The notes under the pieces: generated by a model
Told to the model about the DNA's origin: nothing
Databases searched by the model: none
What the model saw: the letters and a program-made list of their open reading frames with translations, nothing else
NCBI GenBank assembly: GCA_045562675.1
Contig: JBJKVL010000010.1
Coordinates: 22,284 to 86,283, forward strand
Direction of reading: 5' to 3'
Length of the DNA stretch: 64,000 nucleotides
Origin: Dehalococcoidia bacterium
GTDB lineage: Bacteria > Chloroflexota > Dehalococcoidia > UBA2979
Shown: piece by piece, positions 30,201-39,605 of the stretch
How the letters are laid out: each line of letters opens with the position of its first letter
Position numbering within the stretch: position 1 is the stretch's first letter
Program-made: the position numbers and the translations under genes

Positions 30201-30518
30201 CGCAGGCAGCAAATCGGTATGTTGCGAGCCATAGGATTTACAAGAAAAATGACAGCAATTGCATTTTTTGTTGAAGCATCATTTATTGCATTTATTGGCA
30301 TAAGCCTAGGTATTGTGCTAGGAGTAGGTTTGTCATATAACCTAATAACCTCTCCGGATGCACTAGGAGGTGGTGCAAATGAATTTGAATTTTATGTACC
30401 TTGGTTGCGAGTTATATGGTTTCTAGCTCTTGCATATGTAGCAGTAATGCTTATGACTCTCATACCTGCACGAAAAGCATCCAAGGTTGCAGTTGCTGAA
30501 GCGTTAAGATACGAATAA
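27237..30518 (+). CDS. very large FtsX-family ABC permease (two FtsX modules, large extracytoplasmic regions)
   Basis: 1093 aa. The start overlaps the ATPase stop (TAATG). There are two 4-TM FtsX-type blocks: roughly residues 290-420 (ERNSEMGMARAIGMKR) and 960-1090 (ERRQQIGMLRAIGFTR). Confidence 0.8.
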   Translation: MDELFNVSINTIALYLSIAFGFVILTSVVIFLRNRIIFMMGIRNIGRRKSQTVLILLGLMLSTLIISAALGTGDTVANSITNISYNQFRDVDVITSKVNKEDIQDIEKIDGVANIASYYVPVINLEKQLSEPIVALSITETDSNQFPTIKTIDKEIITANDLKPLEAIVTTKLIEALDANIGDELSFTFNENIYNITVAYITTESILASSSTEDNEYLQGRVIQVGGGIILSDNSYALFAPEDAKQFQVGTFGIISVDGGVKNNLEDIKEVSKQLKEKDVTVLFTKSELIEIANTVGSIFVTFFLAFGLFSIGAGLMLIFLTFIMLAAERNSEMGMARAIGMKRINLTESFIAEGIGYDLGSALIGAFLGLGVSYGLIQALSQAFSDFGVTLAFNMQPQSLIIAYTAGAVLTFITVVFASWRAANLNIVRAIRNIPEPQLFSESASSFKRLLFATIASCISILRFPPIIGHVLVRLLRIDKFRKRYSSSVGWAVLGIIFGLYLIYWGGWSNNQLFAYTSGASIVLLALPIIGVYFGQSPARLYTLSSIVLLWFWLLPLPFNIFIEEANTWNDPINAFFNLFGLGHEQLDGSIEMFFVSGIFMTAASTMFIIFNADKIVGLIGLGGRWFKELVPALKIAVSFPLASKFRTGMTIAMFTLVVFGIVVTTILNANFTRLFLGGETSTGGFQVLVETPPGIKPINNLASTLQASGGVDLSSITQFSRLDTWGINVEAQDHPDIEQVDGMIEGQLNISGANTPFLTSNTLNIKGMAEGYESSEDIFTALALNTNYAVIGERVLRPRGPFSDPSADNIALPAYEELRNTSGWQPFTMIIEPRLPEYLESSDALEGSGLELTWPEQVEKTQITVIGIIDAASESFIADFGNMIVSDQTLRQIFDNRFDNGKQFFMKSTHYLQLEDSSDKNALSVAADIESSLFGTGIQATSIAKVQKDETSQSQSFQILFEAFMGLGLLVGIAALGVISFRAVVERRQQIGMLRAIGFTRKMTAIAFFVEASFIAFIGISLGIVLGVGLSYNLITSPDALGGGANEFEFYVPWLRVIWFLALAYVAVMLMTLIPARKASKVAVAEALRYE

Positions 30519-30530
30519 CTAGTGATAAGC

Positions 30531-31931
30531 ATGTTCAATAGAGAATACCAACTCAAAACAAATGATAATCCAAATGGAAACTGCGTAGTTTATCTTATGA
30601 GTCGGGATCAAAGAATCAAAGATAATCATGCATTAATAGCTGCACAAAATATCGCTCAACAAGAAAAATTACCATTAGCTGTATTATTTAATATTCATTT
30701 TAATGTTGGGTATCGCTCTCAAGAGCATTATAGATTCATGATTGATGGTTTAAAACAAATTGAGAGCGTCTGTCAGAAAAAAAATATTAAATTTATCGTT
30801 ACAATTGGTAATCCAAAAAATGAATTACTATCTACATTAAATTCATTAGATCCTAGAAATCTTATCCTAGATTTCAATCCATTAAATGGTCCAAAAAAAA
30901 TTCGAAAAATGCTGAAATCTAAGCTAGATTGTGAAATTACACTAGTTGATACACATAATATAATTCCTACATGGGTCTTGTCAGATAAGGAAGAATATGC
31001 CGCACATACAATCAGAAATAAAGTACATAAACAATTGAAGAATTGGCTCATTGAACCAGAAACAATAAACAAGCATCCATATAAATGGAGCAAAGAGACT
31101 CGTATCAATAATTGGAAAATAATACAATCTTCTCTACTGAAAGTTGCAAGTAATGGGAGCATCATTAAACAACAATCTGGTGAAGTTCATGCAATAGAAG
31201 CACTGAAAGATTTTGTAGATTATAGATTGAATAATTACGCAATATCTAGAAATGACCCAACAATAGATGGGCAGAGTAATATGAGTCTTTATCTGCACTA
31301 TGGACAAATTTCGTCATTAAGAATCATACTAGAGATTTTAAAAATTTGTGATGATGAACCCTTATTATTTAAGAAAGGTAAATTAGCTTCTTTTGAAGGT
31401 AAGCATACACAATTAGACAGTATTAATGCATTTTTTGAAGAATTAATAGTGAGAAAAGAGCTTGCAGATAATTTTTGCTTTTATAATGAAAATTATCAAT
31501 CAAAAAATGGTTTTAAGAAATGGGCTTATGATTCTTTAGAAGCACATAAAAAAGATTCTAGAGAATTTATTTATTCAGTAGATGAACTATCTGCAAAGCA
31601 AACACATGATAGAGCCTGGAATGCAGCCCAGTCAGAAATGATGCAAACAGGTAAAATGCATGGATATATGCGAATGTACTGGGCAAAAAAAATTCTTGAG
31701 TGGTCAACGACTGTTGATGAAGCATTAGAGAAGACTATTTATTTAAATGATCATTATGCTATAGATGGCGGAGATCCAAACGGTTATACCGGTATTATGT
31801 GGTCAATAGGCGGAGTCCATGACAGGCCATGGTTCGAGAGGCCTATTTTTGGTAAAATTCGATACATGAATGATCAAGGATTGAAAAGAAGGTTTAATGT
31901 TGAAAAATATATTTCAAATTGGCTAAACTAA
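30531..31931 (+). CDS. phr: class II CPD photolyase (deoxyribodipyrimidine photo-lyase)
   Basis: GKMHGYMRMYWAKKILEWS and DGGDPNGYTGIMWSIGGVHDRPWFERPIFGKIRYMN are class II signatures. The start could be ATG 30531 or GTG 30522. Confidence 0.85.
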   Translation: MFNREYQLKTNDNPNGNCVVYLMSRDQRIKDNHALIAAQNIAQQEKLPLAVLFNIHFNVGYRSQEHYRFMIDGLKQIESVCQKKNIKFIVTIGNPKNELLSTLNSLDPRNLILDFNPLNGPKKIRKMLKSKLDCEITLVDTHNIIPTWVLSDKEEYAAHTIRNKVHKQLKNWLIEPETINKHPYKWSKETRINNWKIIQSSLLKVASNGSIIKQQSGEVHAIEALKDFVDYRLNNYAISRNDPTIDGQSNMSLYLHYGQISSLRIILEILKICDDEPLLFKKGKLASFEGKHTQLDSINAFFEELIVRKELADNFCFYNENYQSKNGFKKWAYDSLEAHKKDSREFIYSVDELSAKQTHDRAWNAAQSEMMQTGKMHGYMRMYWAKKILEWSTTVDEALEKTIYLNDHYAIDGGDPNGYTGIMWSIGGVHDRPWFERPIFGKIRYMNDQGLKRRFNVEKYISNWLN

Positions 31932-31938
31932 ATCATAA

Positions 31939-34900
31939 TTAATGCATACGATGCAATTTTTTAAGATGCTTTCTAGCAATAACCATTGCACCATCCTCAG
32001 ATGCGGCGAACTTAGGAGCAACTTTCCAAAATTTTGGTAAGTATGTCTGCCAATCAGATAATATATTTTTTGCAATATCAGAGTCTGTAAATTCTGCATG
32101 TCTTTGGATAAGCTCTTTTAATAATTCAATATCCTCCTCAGTGCTGATTTGCTCTAATCCAACTAATTCTTCGTTGATCCGTGTTCTAAAATCACCTTTC
32201 TCGTCTAAAACAAATGCCATGCCATTTGACATGCCAGCACCAAAATTTCTACCGGTTTCACCAAGAATCACTATCACTCCATCTGTCATATATTCACAAC
32301 CATGATCACCGATGCCCTCAACAACTGCTCTAGCACCAGAATTTCTCACTGCAAATCGTTCTCCAACTAAGCCTCGAACAAAAAGATTGCCACCAGTAGC
32401 ACCATACAAAATCGTATTACCAGCCAACACAGGAGGATATAAATCATTATCCTTTTCTACAGGAGTAATAACAATCTCCCCACCACGCATTCCTTTTCCA
32501 ACATAATCATTTGCTTCTCCAATTAAAGTTAATCGCATACCTATAGATGCAAAGGCGCCAAAAGACTGTCCAGCTGAGCCGTTAAAAGTAAGATCCACAG
32601 TTCCATATGGTAAGCCTGCATCACCATATTTCTTAGCAATGTATCCTGAGATTCGTGCGCCTACAGTTCTATTCGTATTATTTATTTCATAAGTTTCTTC
32701 AGACTTTTTTGCTGAATCGATACTATTTTTAATCGAATCCAAAATTTGATCATCTAAGATAACATTATTTGGTCGCTCATTCTTTTCCAATTGCACTGAA
32801 TGTGGAAGAGTGTTTTCAGGATCGACGGCTGTAATAATTTTTGACAAATTAACATTTCTATATCTATCTGCCTCATACTCATTAATTTGTTGCAATAAAT
32901 CAGCTCTACCAATAATATCATCTATTGATTCATAGCCCAATGAAGCTAGAATTTCACGGACCTCTGTAGCAATATAATTTAGATAATTTACCAACATTTC
33001 TGGTGTGCCAATATACTTTTCACGTAAATCATCACGTTGAGTGGCAATACCAACAGGACAAGTGTTTAAATGACATTGACGAGCCATTTTGCATCCTAAA
33101 GCAATTAGTGCAGATGTACCAAATCCATACTGATCAGCACCTAACATAGCAGCAACTATAATGTCTCTACCTGTATGAATGCCGCCGTCAGTTCTTAAAG
33201 TGACCCGTCCTCTTAAATCATTCATCACCAAAACCTGCTGTGTTTCTGCTAAACCCAACTCAAATGGACTCCCTGCATATTTTATAGATGATAAAGGAGA
33301 AGCTCCTGTCCCTCCATCAGCACCAGAAATTTGAATGACGTCCGCATAACCTTTTGCAACTCCTGCAGCAATTGTACCTACTCCCTCTGCAGCCACTAAT
33401 TTAACGCAGACTTTAGCCTCAGGATTAATCATTTTCAAGTCATAAATTAATTGAGCAATGTCTTCAATTGAATAAATATCATGATGTGGAGGAGGTGATA
33501 TTAATGGTGTTCCTGGCATTACGTGTCGTAATTCTGCAATATATTTATCAACTTTAAAGCCAGGCAATTGTCCTCCTTCTCCAGGTTTAGAACCCTGAGA
33601 AATTTTAATTTCTAGTTCATTTGCTGCAACCAAATATGAAGGAGTTACGCCAAATCTACCACTTGCTACTTGTTTAACTTGTGAATTAGCATCTTTTTTT
33701 GTTCCATCAGGAAGATATCTTTGGGCATCCTCTCCTCCCTCACCCGTATTTGAACGACCTCCTAAAATATTCATACCTCTTGCTAAATCTTCATGTGCTT
33801 CAGGGCTTAACGCACCTAATGACATAGCTCCTGTTTGGAAACGTCTGACAATATCAGAAATCGGTTCAACATTTTTAATATCAATAGGTTTTTTATCAGA
33901 ATAAAATGCAAGTAAGTCTCGTAATTTAGTTGGTGGTCTCGAATATGCTAGCTCAGTAAACTCTTTATATTCTGCATAACCATTTTGAGCAGCACGTTGC
34001 AATGCACGCCAAACTTGTGGATTATAAGCATGATAATCACCATCTCTTCTAAATTTATACCAACCACCTGCATTCATCTTTGCATCCTCTAAAAAAGCGT
34101 TTGCAGATTTTTGTGCTATATCATTAGCTATATTGTCAAAACTTATTCCATCAATATTTGAATGTGATGTCCCACCAAGTATTTTATCAGTAACTTCATT
34201 CGCCAATCCAATAATTTCAAAAATTTGTCCGCCATGATAAGCTGCAACAGTGGAAATCCCCATTTTCGACATTATTTTTAAAATTCCTGTATCAACTGCC
34301 TGATTATAATTTCTGAGAACACTTGCTAAATCAATATCTTCAAAGCCATCATTAGTGAATAAATCTTCTAAAATCGTAAATACTAAATATGGATTTACTG
34401 CACTGGCACCGAAACCAATTAGTGCACTAAAGTGATGCACATCTCTTGCATCACCAGCTTCGGCAATCAGACTAACATTCATACGTAAATTCATTTTAAT
34501 TAAATAATGATGTACTGCTGCAATAGCCAAAATCATTGGAATAGGAGCTTCATTTTTTGCATATATTTTATCGCTGATAATTAGCACAGATGCACCATCA
34601 TTAACCGCTTCTATAGCTTTATTACAGAGCTCATCAATGGATTGTATTAAAGTCTTTTTATCAACATCAGCAGAAGTAATAGCCCTTAGTCTATTAATTC
34701 TAAAATTATCTTTATTTAAGCTTTCTAATTGCATTAGCTCATCATTTGTCAAAAGTGGGCTATTTAAATGTATGAGCTTAGCTGCCTCAGGATTAGATTC
34801 CAAAATTGATCTTCGAGGACCGAGATATGTATCCAAAGACATAACTACTTCTTCCCTAATGGAATCGATAGCTGGATTAGTAACTTGAGCAAATTTTTGC

Positions 34901-36486
34901 TTGAAGTATGAATACAAAAATCTTGGATCGTCTTGTAAGGTAGACAAAGGAGTATCGTCGCCCATAGACCCAACTGCTTCCTTTGCAGACTCTGACATTG
35001 GCTTGATCACAGTATCTATCTCTTCTCGTGAGTAACCAAAAATAATTTTTAACTGTTCTAGAGAAAGTTCAGATTCTAGAGAAAGTTCAGATGAATCTTT
35101 GTCTTTATCGGGAGTTTGATTTAAATCTGCAAGATGAATTAGATTTTCTTTTATCCAGTTTTCATAAGGTTTTCTACTCGCAACTTCTGATTTAATTTCA
35201 TCATTATGCAAGAATTTTTTCCTAATGTTGTCGACGGCAATCATTTGACCGGGGCCAAGTCTCCCAGACTCTACGACATTTTCTAAGCCAATATTTATTA
35301 AACCAACCTCTGAAGCAACTATGACAACTCCATCATTCGTAACTTGATACCTGGCTGGACGTAATCCATTTCTATCCATAATTGCAGCTGTTACCGTACC
35401 ATTTGTTGCAACAACAGCAGCAGGACCATCCCATGGTTCAGTTAAGCAAGCATGATATTCATAGAAAGAATGTAAAGCTGGATTTAGATTTGGCATATTC
35501 TCCCAGGCTTCAGGAATCAACATCATGAGCGAATGCATCAGACTTCTTCCAGAATATGCCAGTAATTCAAAGGCTTCATCAAAAGAAGCAGTATCTGATC
35601 CTATTGGTTGAATAATTGGCAAGAGATCTTTTACATTTTCCTTCCATACAGCTGATGTAATTGTGGATTCTCTTGCATTCATCCAATTCCTATTTCCTAA
35701 TAAAGTATTAAATTCACCATTATGAGCAACTACTCGGAAAGGCTGAGCTAATTCCCAATTGGGCAATGTATTAGTTGCAAATCTCTGATGAAGAAGTGCT
35801 GTTGAAGATTGAGTATTTTCATCTTTTAAATCTAAATAAAATTCTTGAAGTTGATCTGCAACCATTAATCCTTTATAGACAACAGTTCTCGCAGACATTG
35901 AAACAATATAGGCATTAATTGCTTCATTTTGATACATTGATTCAGCTCGTTTTCGTGCAAGATATAAAGCTCGATCAAAAGCTGCACCTTGGCTAACTAA
36001 TAAGTCTTTGGTTATTATTGCTTGCAAAATTTTTGGAGCAGATTCCTTGGCAGTCCCACCAAGTACTTCTTGATTTACCGGAACAACTCGCCAATCAATA
36101 AACGTAAGTGCAGTATCACGGATGGCCTGTTCAAAAATCTTCTTTGCCTTTTTTAAATCAGCTTCATTATCTGGCATAAAACACATTGCTAGACCAATAT
36201 CACCATCTTCGATATTTTTCAAAGATGAAATTTCATTCTTTAAAAGTAGACTTGGTATTTGAATTGTTATGCCTGCTCCATCTCCAGACTTAGAATCAGC
36301 AGAAACTGCGCCTCGGTGAGTTAGGTTGACTACACCCTCAATAGCTAACTGAACAATTTTATGACTTTTTTTGCCGTCAATAGACGCAACAAAACCCATA
36401 CCACATGCATCATGCTCATGAGCTTGTTTGTAAAGAAGCTTTTCATTTCTAACATCATCAATTGATGCAGTCCTTCTCACTGGCAT
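31939..36486 (-). CDS. gltB: glutamate synthase large subunit
   Basis: 1515 aa. N-terminal amidotransferase Cys (HDACGMGFVA), central and FMN domains (GEGGED, SQGSKPGEGGQLPG, ISPPPHHDIYSIEDL), and a C-terminal GXGXG domain. No gltD is adjacent. Confidence 0.95.
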   Translation of the reverse strand: MPVRRTASIDDVRNEKLLYKQAHEHDACGMGFVASIDGKKSHKIVQLAIEGVVNLTHRGAVSADSKSGDGAGITIQIPSLLLKNEISSLKNIEDGDIGLAMCFMPDNEADLKKAKKIFEQAIRDTALTFIDWRVVPVNQEVLGGTAKESAPKILQAIITKDLLVSQGAAFDRALYLARKRAESMYQNEAINAYIVSMSARTVVYKGLMVADQLQEFYLDLKDENTQSSTALLHQRFATNTLPNWELAQPFRVVAHNGEFNTLLGNRNWMNARESTITSAVWKENVKDLLPIIQPIGSDTASFDEAFELLAYSGRSLMHSLMMLIPEAWENMPNLNPALHSFYEYHACLTEPWDGPAAVVATNGTVTAAIMDRNGLRPARYQVTNDGVVIVASEVGLINIGLENVVESGRLGPGQMIAVDNIRKKFLHNDEIKSEVASRKPYENWIKENLIHLADLNQTPDKDKDSSELSLESELSLEQLKIIFGYSREEIDTVIKPMSESAKEAVGSMGDDTPLSTLQDDPRFLYSYFKQKFAQVTNPAIDSIREEVVMSLDTYLGPRRSILESNPEAAKLIHLNSPLLTNDELMQLESLNKDNFRINRLRAITSADVDKKTLIQSIDELCNKAIEAVNDGASVLIISDKIYAKNEAPIPMILAIAAVHHYLIKMNLRMNVSLIAEAGDARDVHHFSALIGFGASAVNPYLVFTILEDLFTNDGFEDIDLASVLRNYNQAVDTGILKIMSKMGISTVAAYHGGQIFEIIGLANEVTDKILGGTSHSNIDGISFDNIANDIAQKSANAFLEDAKMNAGGWYKFRRDGDYHAYNPQVWRALQRAAQNGYAEYKEFTELAYSRPPTKLRDLLAFYSDKKPIDIKNVEPISDIVRRFQTGAMSLGALSPEAHEDLARGMNILGGRSNTGEGGEDAQRYLPDGTKKDANSQVKQVASGRFGVTPSYLVAANELEIKISQGSKPGEGGQLPGFKVDKYIAELRHVMPGTPLISPPPHHDIYSIEDIAQLIYDLKMINPEAKVCVKLVAAEGVGTIAAGVAKGYADVIQISGADGGTGASPLSSIKYAGSPFELGLAETQQVLVMNDLRGRVTLRTDGGIHTGRDIIVAAMLGADQYGFGTSALIALGCKMARQCHLNTCPVGIATQRDDLREKYIGTPEMLVNYLNYIATEVREILASLGYESIDDIIGRADLLQQINEYEADRYRNVNLSKIITAVDPENTLPHSVQLEKNERPNNVILDDQILDSIKNSIDSAKKSEETYEINNTNRTVGARISGYIAKKYGDAGLPYGTVDLTFNGSAGQSFGAFASIGMRLTLIGEANDYVGKGMRGGEIVITPVEKDNDLYPPVLAGNTILYGATGGNLFVRGLVGERFAVRNSGARAVVEGIGDHGCEYMTDGVIVILGETGRNFGAGMSNGMAFVLDEKGDFRTRINEELVGLEQISTEEDIELLKELIQRHAEFTDSDIAKNILSDWQTYLPKFWKVAPKFAASEDGAMVIARKHLKKLHRMH

Positions 36487-36525
36487 CTATAACCTTTCAA
36501 TAAATATATTGCATTCTTATCAGTG

Positions 36526-36546
36526 TTTGTGTATTAAGTACACAAA
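36526..36546. promoter_or_regulatory. perfect inverted repeat TTTGTGTA-N5-TACACAAA upstream of gltB (candidate operator)
   Basis: 8-bp arms at 36526-36533 and 36539-36546, lying 40-60 nt upstream of the gltB start at 36486. Confidence 0.3.
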
Positions 36547-36623
36547 GTACTTTATTAGTATCAAATAATATTGATTATCGTGCAAGCCTCACAGAAAAAA
36601 CATCCTGCGAGTTTAATATTATA

Positions 36624-37853
36624 CTATTCTAAATCAGGTTCTGCTCGTTTATCCCAAACAATATTTTTTTCGATTAACTCATTAATCGCTTCTTGGCTTA
36701 AACCTAACAGTGATTCAAGAACTTCATTAGTATGCTGACCCATGTCTGGTGCTGTTCCTTGAATTTTTGCAGGTGTTCGAGATAGTTTAATTGGGCTATT
36801 TACTAATCTGACATTGCCTAATGTCTTGTGATCAACTTCTACAAACATCTCTCGTGCGTTTGCCTGATCGGATTCACTGACTTCCTTAATTGAATTTACC
36901 GGACCACATGGTATATGCATTGGTAACAACATTTCTATCCATTCGTCTGTTGTTTTTATTTTGAATGCTTCATTCAGTATTGGCTCCAGTTCAGCATGAT
37001 TATCTGTTCTTTTTTCGGCAGTTGCAAATCGATCATCCAAAATCATAGAATCTAGTCCAAGGACTGAACATAGTAAATTCCATTGTTCTGGAACACCCCA
37101 AGATAACGCAACAACTATCCAGCCATTTGAAGTTGGGAATGCTTGAAATGGGACTGCGGTAGGATGACGAGTGCCGAGTTTTTTTGGCTCTTCATTTGTT
37201 AAATGCCAACGCATAAAAGCATTCTCTTGAATTGCAATTTGACAATCCATCATAGAAATATCAATATATTGACCTTTGCCAGATCGATTTCTTTCAATAA
37301 CTGCAGAAAGCACTCCGATTACACAATATATCCCCCCTCCTATATCTCCTAACGAAGTTCCGGGCCTAATTGGCGGACCTCCATCTACACCGGTAACAGA
37401 GAGTATCCCGCCTGAGCCTTGGGCAATAACATCCAAAGCTGGGCGATCTTTCCATGGCCCCGTTTGTCCATATCCTGAAATAGCAGCATATATTATTTTT
37501 TCATTTACAGCACTAATCTCTTGATAAGATAAGCCTATTTTATCCATCACACCTGGAGTAAAATTTTCTACAATGACATCAAATTCTTTCACTAAATCAA
37601 GAAAAATTTGTTTGCCTTCTGTAGTTTTTAAATCTATTGATATAGATTTTTTACCCCTATTAACAGAAAAGAAATAACCTGATTCTCCGTCAATGATTGG
37701 TCGAGTAGTTCTGCCGAGATCGCCATAAGGTGGGCGCTCAACTTTCACAACAGTTGCGCCTAGATCAGATAGTGTCATAGTTGCAAATGGTCCAGACAAA
37801 ATCCAACTTAAGTCTAAAACCTTAATACCATCTAATGGTCCTTTAGTCGCCAT
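36624..37853 (-). CDS. family III CoA-transferase (CaiB/BaiF type)
   Basis: 409 aa. PLDGIKVLDLSWILSGPFATMTLSDLGATVVKVERP N-terminus and GTSLGDIGGG mid-region. Confidence 0.85.
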   Translation of the reverse strand: MATKGPLDGIKVLDLSWILSGPFATMTLSDLGATVVKVERPPYGDLGRTTRPIIDGESGYFFSVNRGKKSISIDLKTTEGKQIFLDLVKEFDVIVENFTPGVMDKIGLSYQEISAVNEKIIYAAISGYGQTGPWKDRPALDVIAQGSGGILSVTGVDGGPPIRPGTSLGDIGGGIYCVIGVLSAVIERNRSGKGQYIDISMMDCQIAIQENAFMRWHLTNEEPKKLGTRHPTAVPFQAFPTSNGWIVVALSWGVPEQWNLLCSVLGLDSMILDDRFATAEKRTDNHAELEPILNEAFKIKTTDEWIEMLLPMHIPCGPVNSIKEVSESDQANAREMFVEVDHKTLGNVRLVNSPIKLSRTPAKIQGTAPDMGQHTNEVLESLLGLSQEAINELIEKNIVWDKRAEPDLE

Positions 37854-37862
37854 AAATACCTC

Positions 37863-38468
37863 TCATTGAATAACGCCACTTTGTTTCAGCAATACAACTT
37901 GATTCCGTACCCTTTCCGGGCTTATAGGACCAGTCCATTTGTAATACACCTTATCATTATAAATCAAAAAAGTAACTGGAATGCCTCTTACATTATATTT
38001 TGAAGATAAAGCATTATCTTGATCTAAAACAATTTCAAAAGTTGAACTTACTGCTTTAACAAATTTTTCTACATCATTTATTTCTTCGGCTACATTAACT
38101 CCAACTATGACTAAATCATCCTCTTTCCACAACAATTCTAGTTCATCAAATTCAGCTCTACAAGGCCCGCACCAGGTAGCCCAAAAATTTAACAAATATG
38201 GCTTGTTTACTAAATCTTTAGATGCTAATAATTTTTTTTGATCATTGAATAAAGTCCCCGAACTTAGTCTAGATAAGTTAAATTGATGAAATTCAATGCC
38301 AATATCATCAGATAAATATCCTTGAGATTTTAAATTCTCTATATCATTAGAAGTATTTTCTTCACTTAAAAAAACCATTACCCCGAAAAGAATCGTTAAA
38401 ATTAGGCATATCACGATTAATATTTTTATAAAAAAATTTGATTTAATATAAGAAAATATTTTGTTCAT
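37863..38468 (-). CDS. membrane-anchored TlpA/ResA-like thiol-disulfide oxidoreductase
   Basis: MNKIFSYIKSNFFIKILIVICLILTILFGV TM anchor and FWATWCGPCRAEF (WCGPC). ATG 38468 is preferred because the track's 38684 start would overlap the divergent neighbour. Confidence 0.8.
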   Translation of the reverse strand: MNKIFSYIKSNFFIKILIVICLILTILFGVMVFLSEENTSNDIENLKSQGYLSDDIGIEFHQFNLSRLSSGTLFNDQKKLLASKDLVNKPYLLNFWATWCGPCRAEFDELELLWKEDDLVIVGVNVAEEINDVEKFVKAVSSTFEIVLDQDNALSSKYNVRGIPVTFLIYNDKVYYKWTGPISPERVRNQVVLLKQSGVIQ

Positions 38469-38554
38469 TTTTTCAGTTCTTACTATGCTCTGGTCTATAC
38501 TACTAAACATGTTTACAATATGTATTCTAATAATAAAATGATTTCGGATAAAAA

Positions 38555-39481
38555 ATGAATGGACTATTTGCAGGAACAAATCATGGCCTTTACTTTGTTG
38601 AACCAGAGAAAGAACCAATTTGCGAGATTGAATTAGAATCAATTGAATATATAGATAGCAATGAAAGTGGTTTAGCAGCTGCAATTGTTAAAAATAAAGG
38701 CCTATTTGTTCGCTCAGATGTCGGAAAATGGATACTGAAATGGCCAGGGGATATAATTTCATTAAAAATTACTCAAAATAATGAAATTATTGCTGGTGTG
38801 CTGCCAACAAAACTAATCATTTCTAAAGATAACGGAAATTCTTGGCAGGAATCTAAGGGAATCCAAAGCTATATTGGGAGTAGTTCTATAGAGACTTTTA
38901 CATCTAAAAAAAACACTCAAAAAATTCAATCGATCAAAGAAATAGGTGGCAGTATACTGATTTCTATTGATCAAGTAGGAATTTTAGTTTCACATAATCT
39001 CGGGAGCAGTTGGGTCAGAAGCTCAGATGGCATTGATGAAAATGTTAACCTCATCTTAAATCTAAATAAAGAGAACGAAATAATTTATGCAATGAGTAAA
39101 AATGACATTTATAAAACTGAAGATTTTGCTTTAAGCTGGAGAAAGCTGATTCATAAAAGCAATCAATATAATATAATTGATGCTATTGTTTTTAACAATA
39201 ATACTGATGGTATATTGTTCCTTGGAATAACAAATCAAAATAATCATCCAAGAAATCAGCTAATGACTTTAACAGAATCAAATGCTTTAGATTATGATTT
39301 AAATATTAAGTCTGAAAAAGAATATGATAGTCAAATTTGTATTATCAAACTACCTAATAGTGAAGACACTGCTTTTCTTGGATATGATAAAAAGATTTGG
39401 GCATCACATAATCAAGGAAAAGACTGGTTGCAGATTAAGGAATTACAATACAATATACTATCTATGGCAGTTTGTTTTTAA
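38555..39481 (+). CDS. BNR/Asp-box repeat beta-propeller-like protein
   Basis: 308 aa with repeated Asp-box-like motifs: SKDNGNSWQES, SHNLGSSWVRS, TEDFALSWRKL, SHNQGKDWLQI. Confidence 0.6.
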   Translation: MNGLFAGTNHGLYFVEPEKEPICEIELESIEYIDSNESGLAAAIVKNKGLFVRSDVGKWILKWPGDIISLKITQNNEIIAGVLPTKLIISKDNGNSWQESKGIQSYIGSSSIETFTSKKNTQKIQSIKEIGGSILISIDQVGILVSHNLGSSWVRSSDGIDENVNLILNLNKENEIIYAMSKNDIYKTEDFALSWRKLIHKSNQYNIIDAIVFNNNTDGILFLGITNQNNHPRNQLMTLTESNALDYDLNIKSEKEYDSQICIIKLPNSEDTAFLGYDKKIWASHNQGKDWLQIKELQYNILSMAVCF

Positions 39482-39605
39482 TCATAATAAGATTCGATGC
39501 AATATTACCTTAGACATAGGAACTGAGAAGTGCTAGCATAATCATTGTATTTATATAATTTTTAATTTATTGAAATGAAAATAAGCAATTTAAGGTAGGT
39601 AACGA

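Noticed and set aside
37863-38684. Long forms of track ORFs: TlpA-like 273 aa from 38684, eno from 5320, ABC permease from 16397, HTH from 59175, ATPase from 26497
   Set aside because: The N-terminal extensions overlap neighbouring genes or lack family similarity. Internal ATGs with RBS-like sequences reproduce the canonical N-termini.
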